Assembly (NCBI GenBank): GCA_963797555.1
Contig: CAWCPV010000004.1
Location: forward strand, 96,001 to 160,000
Source: an uncultured Gammaproteobacteria bacterium
Lineage (GTDB): Bacteria > Pseudomonadota > Gammaproteobacteria > CAWCPV01
DNA length: 64,000 bases
Direction: 5' to 3'
Positions 30,931-41,583 of the stretch are shown one piece after another. Every line of letters begins with the position of its first letter. The stretch's first letter is position 1. A program made the position numbers and the translations under genes. The notes beneath the pieces were generated by a model. The model saw only the letters and a list, made by a program, of their open reading frames with translations. It had not been told where the DNA came from and ran no database searches.

Positions 30931-31752
30931 CCTGCGCATCCCAACCTGCGCGGCCCCGAGTACTACCACTGAAGAGGACCTCCGAGATGCTCACTCATCC
31001 CACCCTAGAGAAACTCTCCGCCCTGCGGCTCAACGGCATGCTGAAGGCAGGACCAACAGCATACCCCGGACATCGAGGCGCTCTGCTTCGAGGAGCGCCT
31101 GCGTGGAGGACATCGACTACCGCGCCCCGCGGGGGCTGGACAAGGCGCTGATGGCCACTCTCGCCTCCTGCCGCTGGGTGGACGAGCACCTCAATGTGCT
31201 GATCACCGGTCCCACGGGGGTGGGCAAGAGCTATCTCGCCTGCGCACTCGCCCACAAGGCGTGCCGAGAAGGCCACAGCGCGCTCTACCAGCGTCTGCCG
31301 CGACTGCTCCAGGACCTCTCGCTCGCCCGCGGCGATGGGCGTTACGGAGCATTGCTTACCAGCCTTGCCAAAGTGGATGTCCTGGTGCTCGACGACTGGG
31401 GGCTCGCCAAGCTGACCGAGGAGCACCGCCGCGATCTGTTGGAGCTACTCGATGACCGCCACGGCCTGCGCTCCACCCTGGTCACCAGTCAGCTCCCCGT
31501 GGAGCACTGGCACGAGCGCCTCGGCGACCCCACGCTCGCCGATGCCATCCTGGACCGCTTGGTCCACAACGCCTACAAGCTCACTCTCAAAGGAGACTCG
31601 ATGCGAAAGAAACGCTCACCCTTGACCCAAACCGCTCAGTTGCAGTAAAAGTGAACGGCCCTGCGTCGCTTCGCTCCGACCACCGATCGGTTTCACCGGT
31701 CTGGGTGATCACTTTGCCGTGGACCAGGCGATCGATTTGCGTGGAATACGCA
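30931..31752 (+). mobile_element. istB: IS21-family remnant: istA C-terminus, istB ATPase (internal deletion) and right end
   Basis: [37 protein letters not shown] and ADAILDRL. Repeated GATC-containing terminal motifs end in ...GGAATACGCA at 31752. Confidence 0.88.
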
Positions 31753-31779
31753 GATCGGTCGAGAAGCTTCTGCTGGCGA

Positions 31780-31898
31780 CGATCCTGTTCTACGTTGGCT
31801 CCCGTTGAGGAAGGGCGCAGCCGACGCGGGCCCGTCTCGGATAACGCGTAAGTCTGGGACCGCGAGGTGCGGAGGCTCACTGACCGGGGCTTGTAACA
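31780..31898 (-). mobile_element. Possible orphan IS110 left (non-coding) end
   Basis: Minus strand TGTTACAAGCCCCGGT...CGCGTTATCC...GGCCCGCGTCGGC...GGAGCC resembles IS110 leaders from memory only; no transposase follows. Confidence 0.3.
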
Positions 31899-32000
31899 CT
31901 TCGAGCCTCCCGTTGGATGGGGGTGGGGCATCGCCGAATCGCGCACGGTAGCCGGGAACTATTGCCCGTTGCCCGGCTTTGACAGGCTCGAAGCCAATCT

Positions 32001-33244
32001 CTAACGAGGCTTCGCCTCAGACCGTCGAGGCATGGGGAGCACAGACGGAGGGTTCCGAGTGTTGCAGAGCGTGGTAGGGTGTACGCGCTGCGTTAGATCG
32101 CTCAAGCGATCGGACCCTGTGGGTCAAGGAAGTGACACTCGGAGCCCAGGAGCCATGATAGCCAAAAACGTTGCGGAGCTGATCCGAGATCATGTGGTGC
32201 TGGAGGTCGAGAGCCTCGATCGGCTGTACCTCAACGGCTATGTGCCTGGGCTGCAGAGCGAAGGGGGCTTTGTGCATTTCGTGCGCAGTCACCTTGGCTA
32301 TCCCATCGCCTCCACCGCGGTGATCGCCCCCATGACCGAGGCGTTCGTCCGCTCCATCGAGCGGTTTGCGCAGGAGAGGCGCATTGATGTGGTCGCCTTC
32401 GAGAAAGGACAGCGCAAGGACGATGTGGCGAAGGAGTACCTGGCAAGGTGTGCTTTCTCCGAAGGGGTATTGTTCATCGGCAAGGCCCAGGAGAAGGCCT
32501 CGGTGTTCCGCACCACCGGCAGGAAGCACCCCGAGACCGGCCAGCGCTATCCTTGGATCACGCGCGGCTCGGCCCTGCCCAACCACTATTACTTCTACCT
32601 CCTGGATGAGGACTTCGGGCCGCTGTTTATCAAGTTCTGCTCGTACTTCCCCTATGCGGTCAAGGTGTGCCTCAATGGCCACGAGTGGGTCAAGCGCCAG
32701 CTCGCCAAGGAGGGCATCGCCTTCACTGCCCTCGACAACGGTGTGCTCTGGTGCGAGAACCCCCAGCGGCTGCAGCAACTGTGCGCGGAGCTGGACGCCG
32801 AGAAGATCGAAGCGGTGTTTGGCAAGTGGCTGGCGCGGCTGCCTCACCCCTTTCGCCCGGAGGACCGGCAAGCGGGTTACCGATACGCGCTGTCCATCCT
32901 GCAGGCCGAGTTCTCGCTCACCCAAGTGCTCGATTGCCCCCGAACGGGCCGGCAGTTCTTCGAGGAGGTCATCCGCGAGAACCTCGACCTCGGCCGGCCC
33001 GACCGGGTGCAGCTCATCTTCGGCCGCAAGGTCACCCGCCGCACCCCGGGGACGTTTCGCACCCGCGCCCATGCCCGCTTCTTCCGGCTCACCTTCGCCC
33101 TCGACGGACCCATCAGCCCCGCTCGGGCCACGCGCGCCTTCCTCCAAGCCAGCAGCGCAGTGGACCGGCTCATCGAAGAGGTGAAACTCGCCGCTTGAAA
33201 ACTTGACTCAAGATCCAAGAATCAGTCGCACTCAAGGACTTCTA
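32001..33244 (+). mobile_element. Unclassified TIR-less mobile element with structured leader; ORF 32155-33198, probably internally deleted
   Basis: TCTA at both boundaries (32000-32003, 33241-33244), no terminal IR, multi-branch leader at 32020-32147, AGGAG SD. Protein motifs HVVLEVESLDRLYLNG, HYYFYLLDEDFG, CSYFPY, LNGHEW, QAEFS. Confidence 0.6.
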
Positions 33245-33310
33245 GCGGCTGCTGGGCCAATCGTTCACCCAGACGAGCCAGTCGGGTAACGCTTCGTAGG
33301 AGGGGTGCCG

Positions 33311-33796
33311 ATGGAGGAATTGCCGCTGCAATTGGAAATCGTGGGGCTGCCCGCGCATGTTGAGAGCTGGAGCGTTGCAAAGATACCCGGCTTCGTGCTT
33401 GCGGTGCTGAAGCGCTGGCGCAGAAACCAGGTTCGGCTGCCGCGCACTTTCAGCATGCTCATGTGCCCCCAAGTGGAGGTCAACGCCGTTGGCGGCTTGC
33501 CGCCCAGGGTCGTGGAGCTGACCGACCCCAAGCTCCGCTGCCGGCACTTCACCGGTTGCCACAAGCCCTATCTGGTGGTGCTCTTCACCGGCGAAGATGC
33601 GGAGGAGCGCCGGATCGAGGCGCAGGCGTTTCTCTCTTGGTCGGAAGGGTACAACGTGGAGCTGACACCCGATACCGTGCGCTTGACGTTCGCCGCGGCC
33701 AGCGAGGAGACGATCCACGAACGCGGCGATTTTCCGCCACCGCGGACCATACAGGAGTTGCTCGCGACCGGCGAGCTGGTGAGCATCTTGTCCTAG
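33311..33796 (+). CDS. Hypothetical protein (161 aa)
   Basis: AGGAGG SD before ATG 33311; gene-like GC3-rich codons; no recognised motif. Confidence 0.55.
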   Translation: MEELPLQLEIVGLPAHVESWSVAKIPGFVLAVLKRWRRNQVRLPRTFSMLMCPQVEVNAVGGLPPRVVELTDPKLRCRHFTGCHKPYLVVLFTGEDAEERRIEAQAFLSWSEGYNVELTPDTVRLTFAAASEETIHERGDFPPPRTIQELLATGELVSILS

Positions 33797-34083
33797 GGCA
33801 CCGCAACGGGCGGCAAACGCCTGCAAGCCTCGACGGGGTGTCTGTCGGCACCGGCGTTTTCCCATGCCCCGCTGTGACCCGGTGTCCTGAAGCTCGACTC
33901 TGTCGACACCTTATTCACTTTCACGATCGAGGCAGGCTGAGCCCCTCCAGTGGGCACCCCATTCCGTGTGGCCTTTGGGGCTTGCTGGCGCGGGGCGCTC
34001 AAGCCGGGGGTGAAAGACATCCCAGGGGGTGCACCGAGTCGGGTCAGACGCTGATATACCCATTTAAGGGCACCTCGAATAAT

Positions 34084-37000
34084 CCTAGAAAGCTCAGTCG
34101 ACCAAGTGCAAGCTGCCTGGGAATCAGGCAGGCTGTGGGTTTCGAGGCATTGAAGGGGGTCACCCGATGGGTGAGTCGAGACTGGAGCCGGTGGGGGCGC
34201 AAGAAAGGATTGCATCGTGTGCCGGGGTGCAGACGGCTGGGGGCCGGGTGCAAGTGCGCTGGGAGACCGAGAGCGCGGCCACGCCGATGGGCCAGCTTGC
34301 GTACTTCATCGAATTTCTCACGCTCACTGGACTGTGGTCGCGCTGGCAAGAGGGCTACCCGTTGCGTTACGTGAGTCCCAATGCGCCGAGCAAGGCCGAG
34401 GTGCTTGGCACCTGGATGCTGTCGATTCTGTCCGGTCACAGGCGCTATGCGCATGTCACGGCGATCCGCTGCGATGGCGTCAATCCGGGGCTGCTCGGCA
34501 TGAACAAGGTGATCAGCGAGGATGCCCTGCGCCGGGCGCTCGCCGCGAACCCCCGAAGCCGCAGGCGTCGCCTGGCTGGACCGGCACCTGGAGGAAAGTG
34601 TGGCGCTGTTGCTCGATGCGCCGTGGATTCTCGACATCGACATGGCGGGGCTGCGGCTGGTCGTCGGCGCCGAGGTCAAGGCGGGCGATGCGCACTCGGG
34701 CAGCCACAGCCTGCCGGGGCTGCTGAAGATACTCGACGCCCTCTCGCCCCCCAGACGACCGAAGCTGGTGCGCGGCGATTGCGGTTTCGGCTCCGACACC
34801 CTCATGGCTCCGCTGGAGGAGCGGCAACCACCCTACCTGTTCAAGCTCAAGCTCTCGAAGAACGTCAAACGTCACATCGAGCGCATCTTCTGGGGCAGCG
34901 GCTGGTCCGATGCCGGTCAGGGCTGGGAAGGCAAGGACGGCAGCCTGCGTCTGTGTGGCTGGCAGGCGCCGCGGCGCGTCGTGGTGTTGCGCCGCCCGCT
35001 CCAGGGCAAAGTGCTGATTGCGCAGGACCATAACGGCCAGCAACTGCTGGGTTTCATCGAGGCGGACCGAAAGGCGGGTAAGAACATCACCGGCTACGAG
35101 TATGCCGTGCTGGTGACCAATACCGACTACGAGATTCGAAGCCTCGGCCAACTCTACCGGGACCGGGCCGACGCCGAGAATGCCTTCGAGGAGCTGAAGA
35201 ACCAGTGGGGTTGGGGCGCCTTCACCACCCACAACCTGCACCGCTGCCAGCTCTCGGCCCGCGCCGTGGCGCTCATCTACAACTGGTGGAGCCTGTTCGT
35301 CCGCCTGGCCCACCCCAAGGCCCGGCGCGAGGCCATCACCAGCCGGCCGTGGTTGCTCGCCTCGGTGGGACGCAAGACCGAACATGCCGGCCAGACCACC
35401 CTGACGCTCACCGGATTGCATGCCCATTTCGGTCAAGCCAAAGCAGCCCTGATGCGTGTCTCTGCCTTGTTCCAGACCTGGACAGCCTACGCTGCGGAGC
35501 AGTTGAACCCGACCTCCGTCTGGCACCTCGTCTGCGACCATCTCAAGCGCCTCCTCGCCGGCGTTAAACCGCCTCCCCACCGTCGGGCTATCGAAAATCA
35601 TACGTGCGCCATCGGCTAACTGCGGTTTTTAGTCCGACTTCGCGGATTCGCGGGGTAGGGATAGCGTAAGTGGTTGAAATTGCGAGAGGGTGCCTGGCAA
35701 GGTCTGCACTACATCGCGGCGGCTGAGGCAGTGTGGGCGGTGCTGATTTTCGGAGCTGGTGGTGCGGGCAGTTCGAGCTTCAACTGCGCGAGGAGCAGTT
35801 GCAGTTCTGGCTCAGGTTGGGTGTAGCGGGTGAACGTCAATTCGCGCCCATCGGTGGTCGGCACCGGTACGTCGACCATCTGCACGGCGGCGAATTTCTC
35901 CAGCACGCTGCGCGTGGTTAATCCAGGCGCGAGCGCATGCAAACGTCGCCCGAGCGTGACATGCAGACAATAGGCAAGAAAGGCAATGAAGATATGGGCT
36001 TCGATACGCTCGATGTGTTGATGAAAGATTGGCCGAATGGCCAAATCCCCCTTGAGATTCTTGAATGCTTCTTCCACCGCCACCAGTTGCAGGTAAAACC
36101 CCCATAGCTTGGCGGGATCGGTGTCGGTGAGATTGGTGCGCAGCAGATACCGTCCTTCGCGCCGGCGCACTTCACGCAGCTTATCGCGGCGCAGGCGGTA
36201 GCTAAACGTGGCGTCCTTGGGGTCGACCTCCAGTTGAACCAAGCGCCATACCGCCGGGCCGTGTTGGCGCGCCGCACCGAGCTTCATCAGCAGCTGCTCG
36301 CGGGTGAGCTGCATGGTCGCGAGTTTCTTCAACCGCGCCCATAACCACTTCAGCTTGCGCCGTCGTATCGCACGCTCCTTCGCCACGCGCTGTTCACTTT
36401 GCGCGTACACATACAGCTCCCCATCCTGCGCCAACAGTTTCACGGCTACGCCGGGGCGCGCTTCCCGCCACGGCTTGAGCAACAGCGCGCTCTCCAATTT
36501 GCTGAGCCGCCCCTTGGGCGTGCCCACCAGGTCAGTGCACTGGCGGGCGACTTGCGCGCATCTCTTCCAGCACCGCTTCGGTCGGAATGCCGCGGTCCAT
36601 CACCCAAATCCGCTGCGCTCTTCCGTACTGACGCTCAATGCGCGCGAGGAACTCCTTCAACGTCGTCTTGTCGGCCGTATTGCCCACCAACACTTCATAG
36701 GCCAAGGGCAAGCCTTCCGGGGTCACCACCCAGGCGATCACCACCTGCACACAGTCCCTGCGCTTATCGCGCGAGTGGCCGAATCGTCGTTTGTCCTGCT
36801 CCGACTGCGGGGGCTCACACTCAAAGTAGGTGCTCGTGAGGTCGTAGAGCAGCACCTCGAAGGTGGCATTGAACAGATCCCGCCACCGCCGCACCAGATG
36901 GTCAAAGACCGCCGCCTTGTGCTCCAGCAAGCGGTCGTGACAGACATACAGCCGGTGGCTGTCGGAGAGCGCCGCATCCGCTCCGAGCAAATCCGCCAAG

Positions 37001-37645
37001 GCCGTACGGCCAAACCACTCCCGGTGCAACCGCCACTCGCTGCCCGGTGCCAGCAACCGATAGGCCACGAGCACGAATAACACCTGATCCCACCGAGTGC
37101 CCTTGCGACTCGGCGTTAACCGTTCCCACCAGAAGCGATCTAACTGCAATTCCTCCCACAGTTGCAGCGCCAGCCAACACGCACCCCACTGCCGCGGTCG
37201 GCACAGCCGCAATTCTTTCAGCCGCAAACGTACCACCGAAGCATCCCTCGACAGCTCTTCAGATCGCTCCTCGGGAAACAACGACATCGTGCGCGGTGTC
37301 AGCGCCCCGTCTTCGAACACCTCAATGGATTTGCGCCACGCCAACTCCTGCGAGGAGTTGATCTCACCCAAATACAGCACATGCCGTTGCAGCACGCGCC
37401 CACCGCTCAGGCGCCTATTCTCGACAATACTCCAGTAACGGTGCTCCTTGCCGTCTTTCTTCCGCGTCGTGGCCCTTAGAAACATGATGGAACATCATTA
37501 TCCGCAGATTTTTCCCCTTGAAAACAAGCAAGGTCTTCACTACAGCGCGTTTCAACCCTTTTTGGCTCACCACGGTCCCCACAAACAATCACTTACCCCT
37601 GGCCAGCGGGCCAATCGCCGTGCGAATCCGCGAAGTCGGGTTAGG
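34084..37645 (+). mobile_element. IS1380-family element; transposase 34167-35619 frameshifted and deleted
   Basis: ATAAT duplication at 34079-34083 and 37646-37650. IR CCTAGAAAGCTCAGT vs CCTAAAAACCGCAGT. Motifs ILDID, VRGDCGF, YRDRADAENAFEELK. Confidence 0.85.
35633..37640 (-). mobile_element. IS1634-family element, complete ends; transposase 37485-35709 with one +1 frameshift near 36533
   Basis: 18-bp perfect IR CCGACTTCGCGGATTCGC and TTAG duplication. Motifs LYDLTSTYFE, GHSRDKRRD, VMDRG, VEEAFKNLK, IRPIFHQ. Confidence 0.92.
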
Positions 37646-40068
37646 ATAATTGGTTTTGGCGCCGGTCGGTCCCTCTGATCGAGTCACGGATGGGGGAATT
37701 GGGGCGAAACGGGTGGATTTTAAGGGGTTTTGGGAGGGCGCCCGTGGCCTTGCGGGCGCCGGGCGGAGGCTCCGGCGGCGATCAGGCCGGTGCCGGCATC
37801 GGACCTTTACCGCCTGAGCTGACCAGGTAGCTCAGCCGGGGCATGTTGTAGACGAGATTCATGAGCCCTATCTTGGCCCTCGCACGCACCCCTCCGATGG
37901 TTCGCACGAGCTTGCCGCCTTGCTCGTTGTGCTGGGAGCCGAAGACATGCTCGACGCGCACCCGGATGCTTGAGCGGCGCCGGTTGAGCGCTTGCTGGTA
38001 CACGCTGAGCGCCTTGTGGCGGTGACCCCGACGGTGAATCCGGCTCCTGAGCCCCTTCTTACGCAGCAGCCGCTCGGTCTCCTCGGAGCGGTAGGCGCTG
38101 TCGGCCCAGACCTCGGTGCTGGTGTTGGCGCGATCGAGCAGCGGCTCGAAGACCTACCTGCGCACCCGCTTGTGGGCAGCGTCCACGCTCAGGTGGTTCT
38201 TGTACCCGTAATAGCTCTTGCCATGTTTCTTGGTCCAGCACGCCTCGGTGTCCTTTTGACGAAGCTTGGCGGGCTTGTCCTTCCAGGACTCGGGCGTCTC
38301 GCCCCGCTTGAGGGCGTCGTTCTCTTCCCGGCTGTTGCGCTGCTCGGGAGCGGAGACGATGCTGGCATCGATGATCTGTCCCTTGCGGGCGATGAACCCC
38401 CGCCGCTCGATCTGCTGGTTGAAGGCCCGAAACAGCTCTTGCACGGCGTTCTCCTTCGCCAGCGCCTCGCGAAACAGCCATACGGTGGTGGCATCGGGCA
38501 CCCGGTCCTCGGGCAACAGCCCCAGGAATCGGCTGAAGGAGTATCGGTCCCGAATCGGGTACTCGACGCTCTCGTCACTCACGTTGTACAGGTGCTGCAG
38601 AACGAGCACCTTGAACATGAGCACAGCATCGTAGGGCTTGCGCCCCGCGTTGCTCTTGCGCGGCCTGTCCCGCAAGCACTCAAGCCGGGGGCGAAAACCC
38701 TCCCAGTCAACCACCTGCCGGATGTGCACCAGGGGGTCACCGAGCCGGCTCAGACGCTCATAGCGCTCATCGAGGTCGAAGAATCCGGGCTGGGGCATCG
38801 CGCTGTTCCTCATCGGCCACGAACTGGCGCCAGTCTACCGGGCAGCCGCCCCCAGTGCCAATTTTTCGAGGTGCCCTTAATACCAAATTTCGGTTTTTCG
38901 ATTGCCGAGGATTTGGAAGTTCTCCGTCAATAAGGAACGCAGTTGCGTGGCATATGTGGTGGCGTTGCGGAAAAACCGTTCGCAGGTCCTGCTGGAAGTC
39001 TTTGAAGCTTTCGTAGTAGGAGTCGTAGAGAATTCGCTTCTTGAAGAATTTCAAGAAGCGCTCAATCAAGTTTAAGTTCGGCGAATAGGGAGGTAGAAAA
39101 ACGAGTTCGATCTTGGAGTTATCCGTGAACTCCCGAACGTCCCTGGATCGGTAGTAGCTGGCGTTGTCGCAGATGACGAAGATCCGTTCGGCCTGGGAGT
39201 TCGCCTCTTCGAGCTGCCTGAACAAGGGCTCTTTCCGGAATCGTGTGGGTAGCAATGCCTATGGCGCGGGGGCATCTGCCTGATCTCTGACACCAGCGGG
39301 TGTGTTGAGCAGCGAGGCGGGCAGGTGGGCGAGATTGCCGGCGATGAGGTAGGCGATGGTGATGAGCGAGTGCGTGGTGCGGTAGCCCCGGGCGCGAGCC
39401 TTGGCGGCCTGGATGAGGGAGTTGATGCCCTCGGCGCGGCCGTTGGTGAGGCCCGAGTGGAATGCGGCGAGCACGCCGTCCCAGTGCTCTTTCAGGGTGG
39501 TGGCGAGGCGTTTCATGGGCTGCAGGCGGCTACGCCGTGCCCAGCTATACCAGCGCCCGAGGGCGCTCTCGGCCTGCTCGAGGGGTGCTGGCCGTGGCGT
39601 AGATATCGCGCAGCGCCTCCTTGAGGCGCCAGGCACGGGCGGTCTTGAGGCGGGCGCGGGAGAGCCAGTGCAGAACTCCTGACTTGGCGCTAAATTCAAT
39701 GCGACTGGACGGTGTCGTAGACCAGGCGCAGGTGGGTGCCAGGGCATTTCATCTGCTGGGTATTCAGATATTCGCAAAGAGCGATGAGAGCTTGTTGAGA
39801 TCGATTATTGGCCAAGCCGTAGAGACGCACCCGCAATTCATGGCGCTGGTAATCCGGGATAATATCGCCGGGTAAGCAGAACACGGCTTTGAGGAAGGCG
39901 CGAACTTCGTCGTCGTGGCGCACGAAAAAGGGTTCGACAATGCTCGCGAGACAACTCTCACTGCGATAAGCGACGACCTTGATGAGCCGGGTAATGGTTT
40001 TTCGTTCGCGTTCGTGATGTACGATCTTGTCCGCCTCATAAATGCTCTTCAATGGCACGCGCTTTTCC

Positions 40069-41583
40069 GGCTCTTTCGGTAATTGTGTGGATCGTGGTGG
40101 TCGAGTAGCATCCGTTCTGAGCAATCGTCTATCACAACATCTTGTGGTTGGGCCTGTGGGGTTGTGGGCGAGAGGCCCGCGAGTGTGGGCAACCGGGAGG
40201 TTGTCCACACGGTCCTTGGGACGCGGGCCGCTCCGCAGGACTCGTCCACAAATCCACAGGCCATCAAGGGGGGAGCGCCATGGAGCCAACGCATCTATTC
40301 ACGACGGCACTGGGCCTCACGGCGCCTTGGGAAGTCACCGGCGTACGCTTTGACCCCGAGGCTGGGCGCATCGACCTCGAGGTGGCCTTTGCCAAGGGGA
40401 GCCGCTTCGCCTGCCCGGCGTGCGGAGTGCCAGGCCAGCCGGTGCATGATACCCGCAAGCGCAGCTGGCAGCACCTGAGCTTCTTTAAGTCGCGGGCAGA
40501 CCTGCACGCGCATCTGCCGCGAGTGCGCTGTGAGAGCTGCGGCAAGACGACTCAGGTCGAGCCGCCGTGGGCGCGCGCACAGAGTGGCTTCACGGCGCTG
40601 ATGGAGGCACTGGTGGTGACGCTGTGCCAGGCGATGCCGGTGGCGACCGTCGCCCGGCACCTGGGCGTGGGCGATGAGCGCCTGTGGGGGGTGCTCGAGC
40701 ACTACGTGGAGGCGGCCCGCGCCCAGGAGGACCACTCCCCGGTGCGCGCCGTGGGCCTGGACGAGACCGCCGCCCGGCGTGGGCAGCACTACATCAGCCT
40801 GTTCCATGACCTCACGGGCAAACGCCTGCTGTTCGCCTGCGAGGGCCGCGACCAGAGCACCGTGGCGGCCTTTGCCGCCGACCTCCAGGCGCACGGGGGC
40901 GACCCGCAGGCCATCGAGCAGGTGTGCATCGACCTGTCCGCCGCTTATCTCGCCGGGGTGACCAAGCATCTGCCTAAAGCCACGGTGAGCTTCGATGCCT
41001 TCCATGTCATCCAGCTCGCCAACCAGGCCGTCGATACAGTGCGCCGCGAGGAGGTCAAGACCGAGCCCGCCCTCAGGGGCACCCGCTGGACCTGGCTCAA
41101 AGACGCCCACGACTGGACCTGGGAGCAGCTCACCGACTTTCACTGGCTCTCCCGCGCCCGGCTCAAGACCGCCCGTGCCTGGCGCCTCAAGGAGGCGCTG
41201 CGCGATATCTACGCCACGGCCAGCACCCTCGAGCAGGCCGAGACCGCGCTCACGCGCTGGTATAGCTGGGCACGGCGTAGCCGCCTGCAACCCATGAAGC
41301 ACCTCGCTGCCACTCTGAAAGACCACTGGGACGGTGTGCTCGCCGCGTTCGACTCCGGCCTCACCAACGGCCGCGCCGAGGGCATCAACTCCCTCATCCA
41401 GGCCGCCAAAGCCCGCGCCCGAGGCTACCGCACCACGCGCTCGCTCATCACCATCGCCTACCTCATCGCGGGCAACCTGGCCCACTTGCCGGCCTCGCCG
41501 TTCAACACACGATCTTGTGTCAGACCTCAGGCAGAGGCTGCCGCAGCGTAAGCATATCTACCCACACGATTCCGGTAAGGACC
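40069..41583 (+). mobile_element. ISL3-family element variant A, intact (1515 bp)
   Basis: 8-bp duplication GCTTTTCC at 40061-40068 and 41584-41591; uninterrupted transposase. Confidence 0.95.
40280..41551 (+). CDS. ISL3 transposase
   Basis: Zinc finger CPACG...CESCG; DDE motifs GLDET, CIDLS, AEGINS; GGGGAG SD. Confidence 0.95.
   Translation: MEPTHLFTTALGLTAPWEVTGVRFDPEAGRIDLEVAFAKGSRFACPACGVPGQPVHDTRKRSWQHLSFFKSRADLHAHLPRVRCESCGKTTQVEPPWARAQSGFTALMEALVVTLCQAMPVATVARHLGVGDERLWGVLEHYVEAARAQEDHSPVRAVGLDETAARRGQHYISLFHDLTGKRLLFACEGRDQSTVAAFAADLQAHGGDPQAIEQVCIDLSAAYLAGVTKHLPKATVSFDAFHVIQLANQAVDTVRREEVKTEPALRGTRWTWLKDAHDWTWEQLTDFHWLSRARLKTARAWRLKEALRDIYATASTLEQAETALTRWYSWARRSRLQPMKHLAATLKDHWDGVLAAFDSGLTNGRAEGINSLIQAAKARARGYRTTRSLITIAYLIAGNLAHLPASPFNTRSCVRPQAEAAAA

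Larger units (their letters stand above)
34068..38876 (-). mobile_element. IS5-family element ('IS5-b'); transposase 38798-37782 disrupted
   Basis: TTAA duplication at 34064-34067 and 38877-38880. IR GGGCACCTCGAA(T/A)AATTGG. Motifs IIDASI, YGYKNH, WADSAY, RVRVEHVF. Confidence 0.9.
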
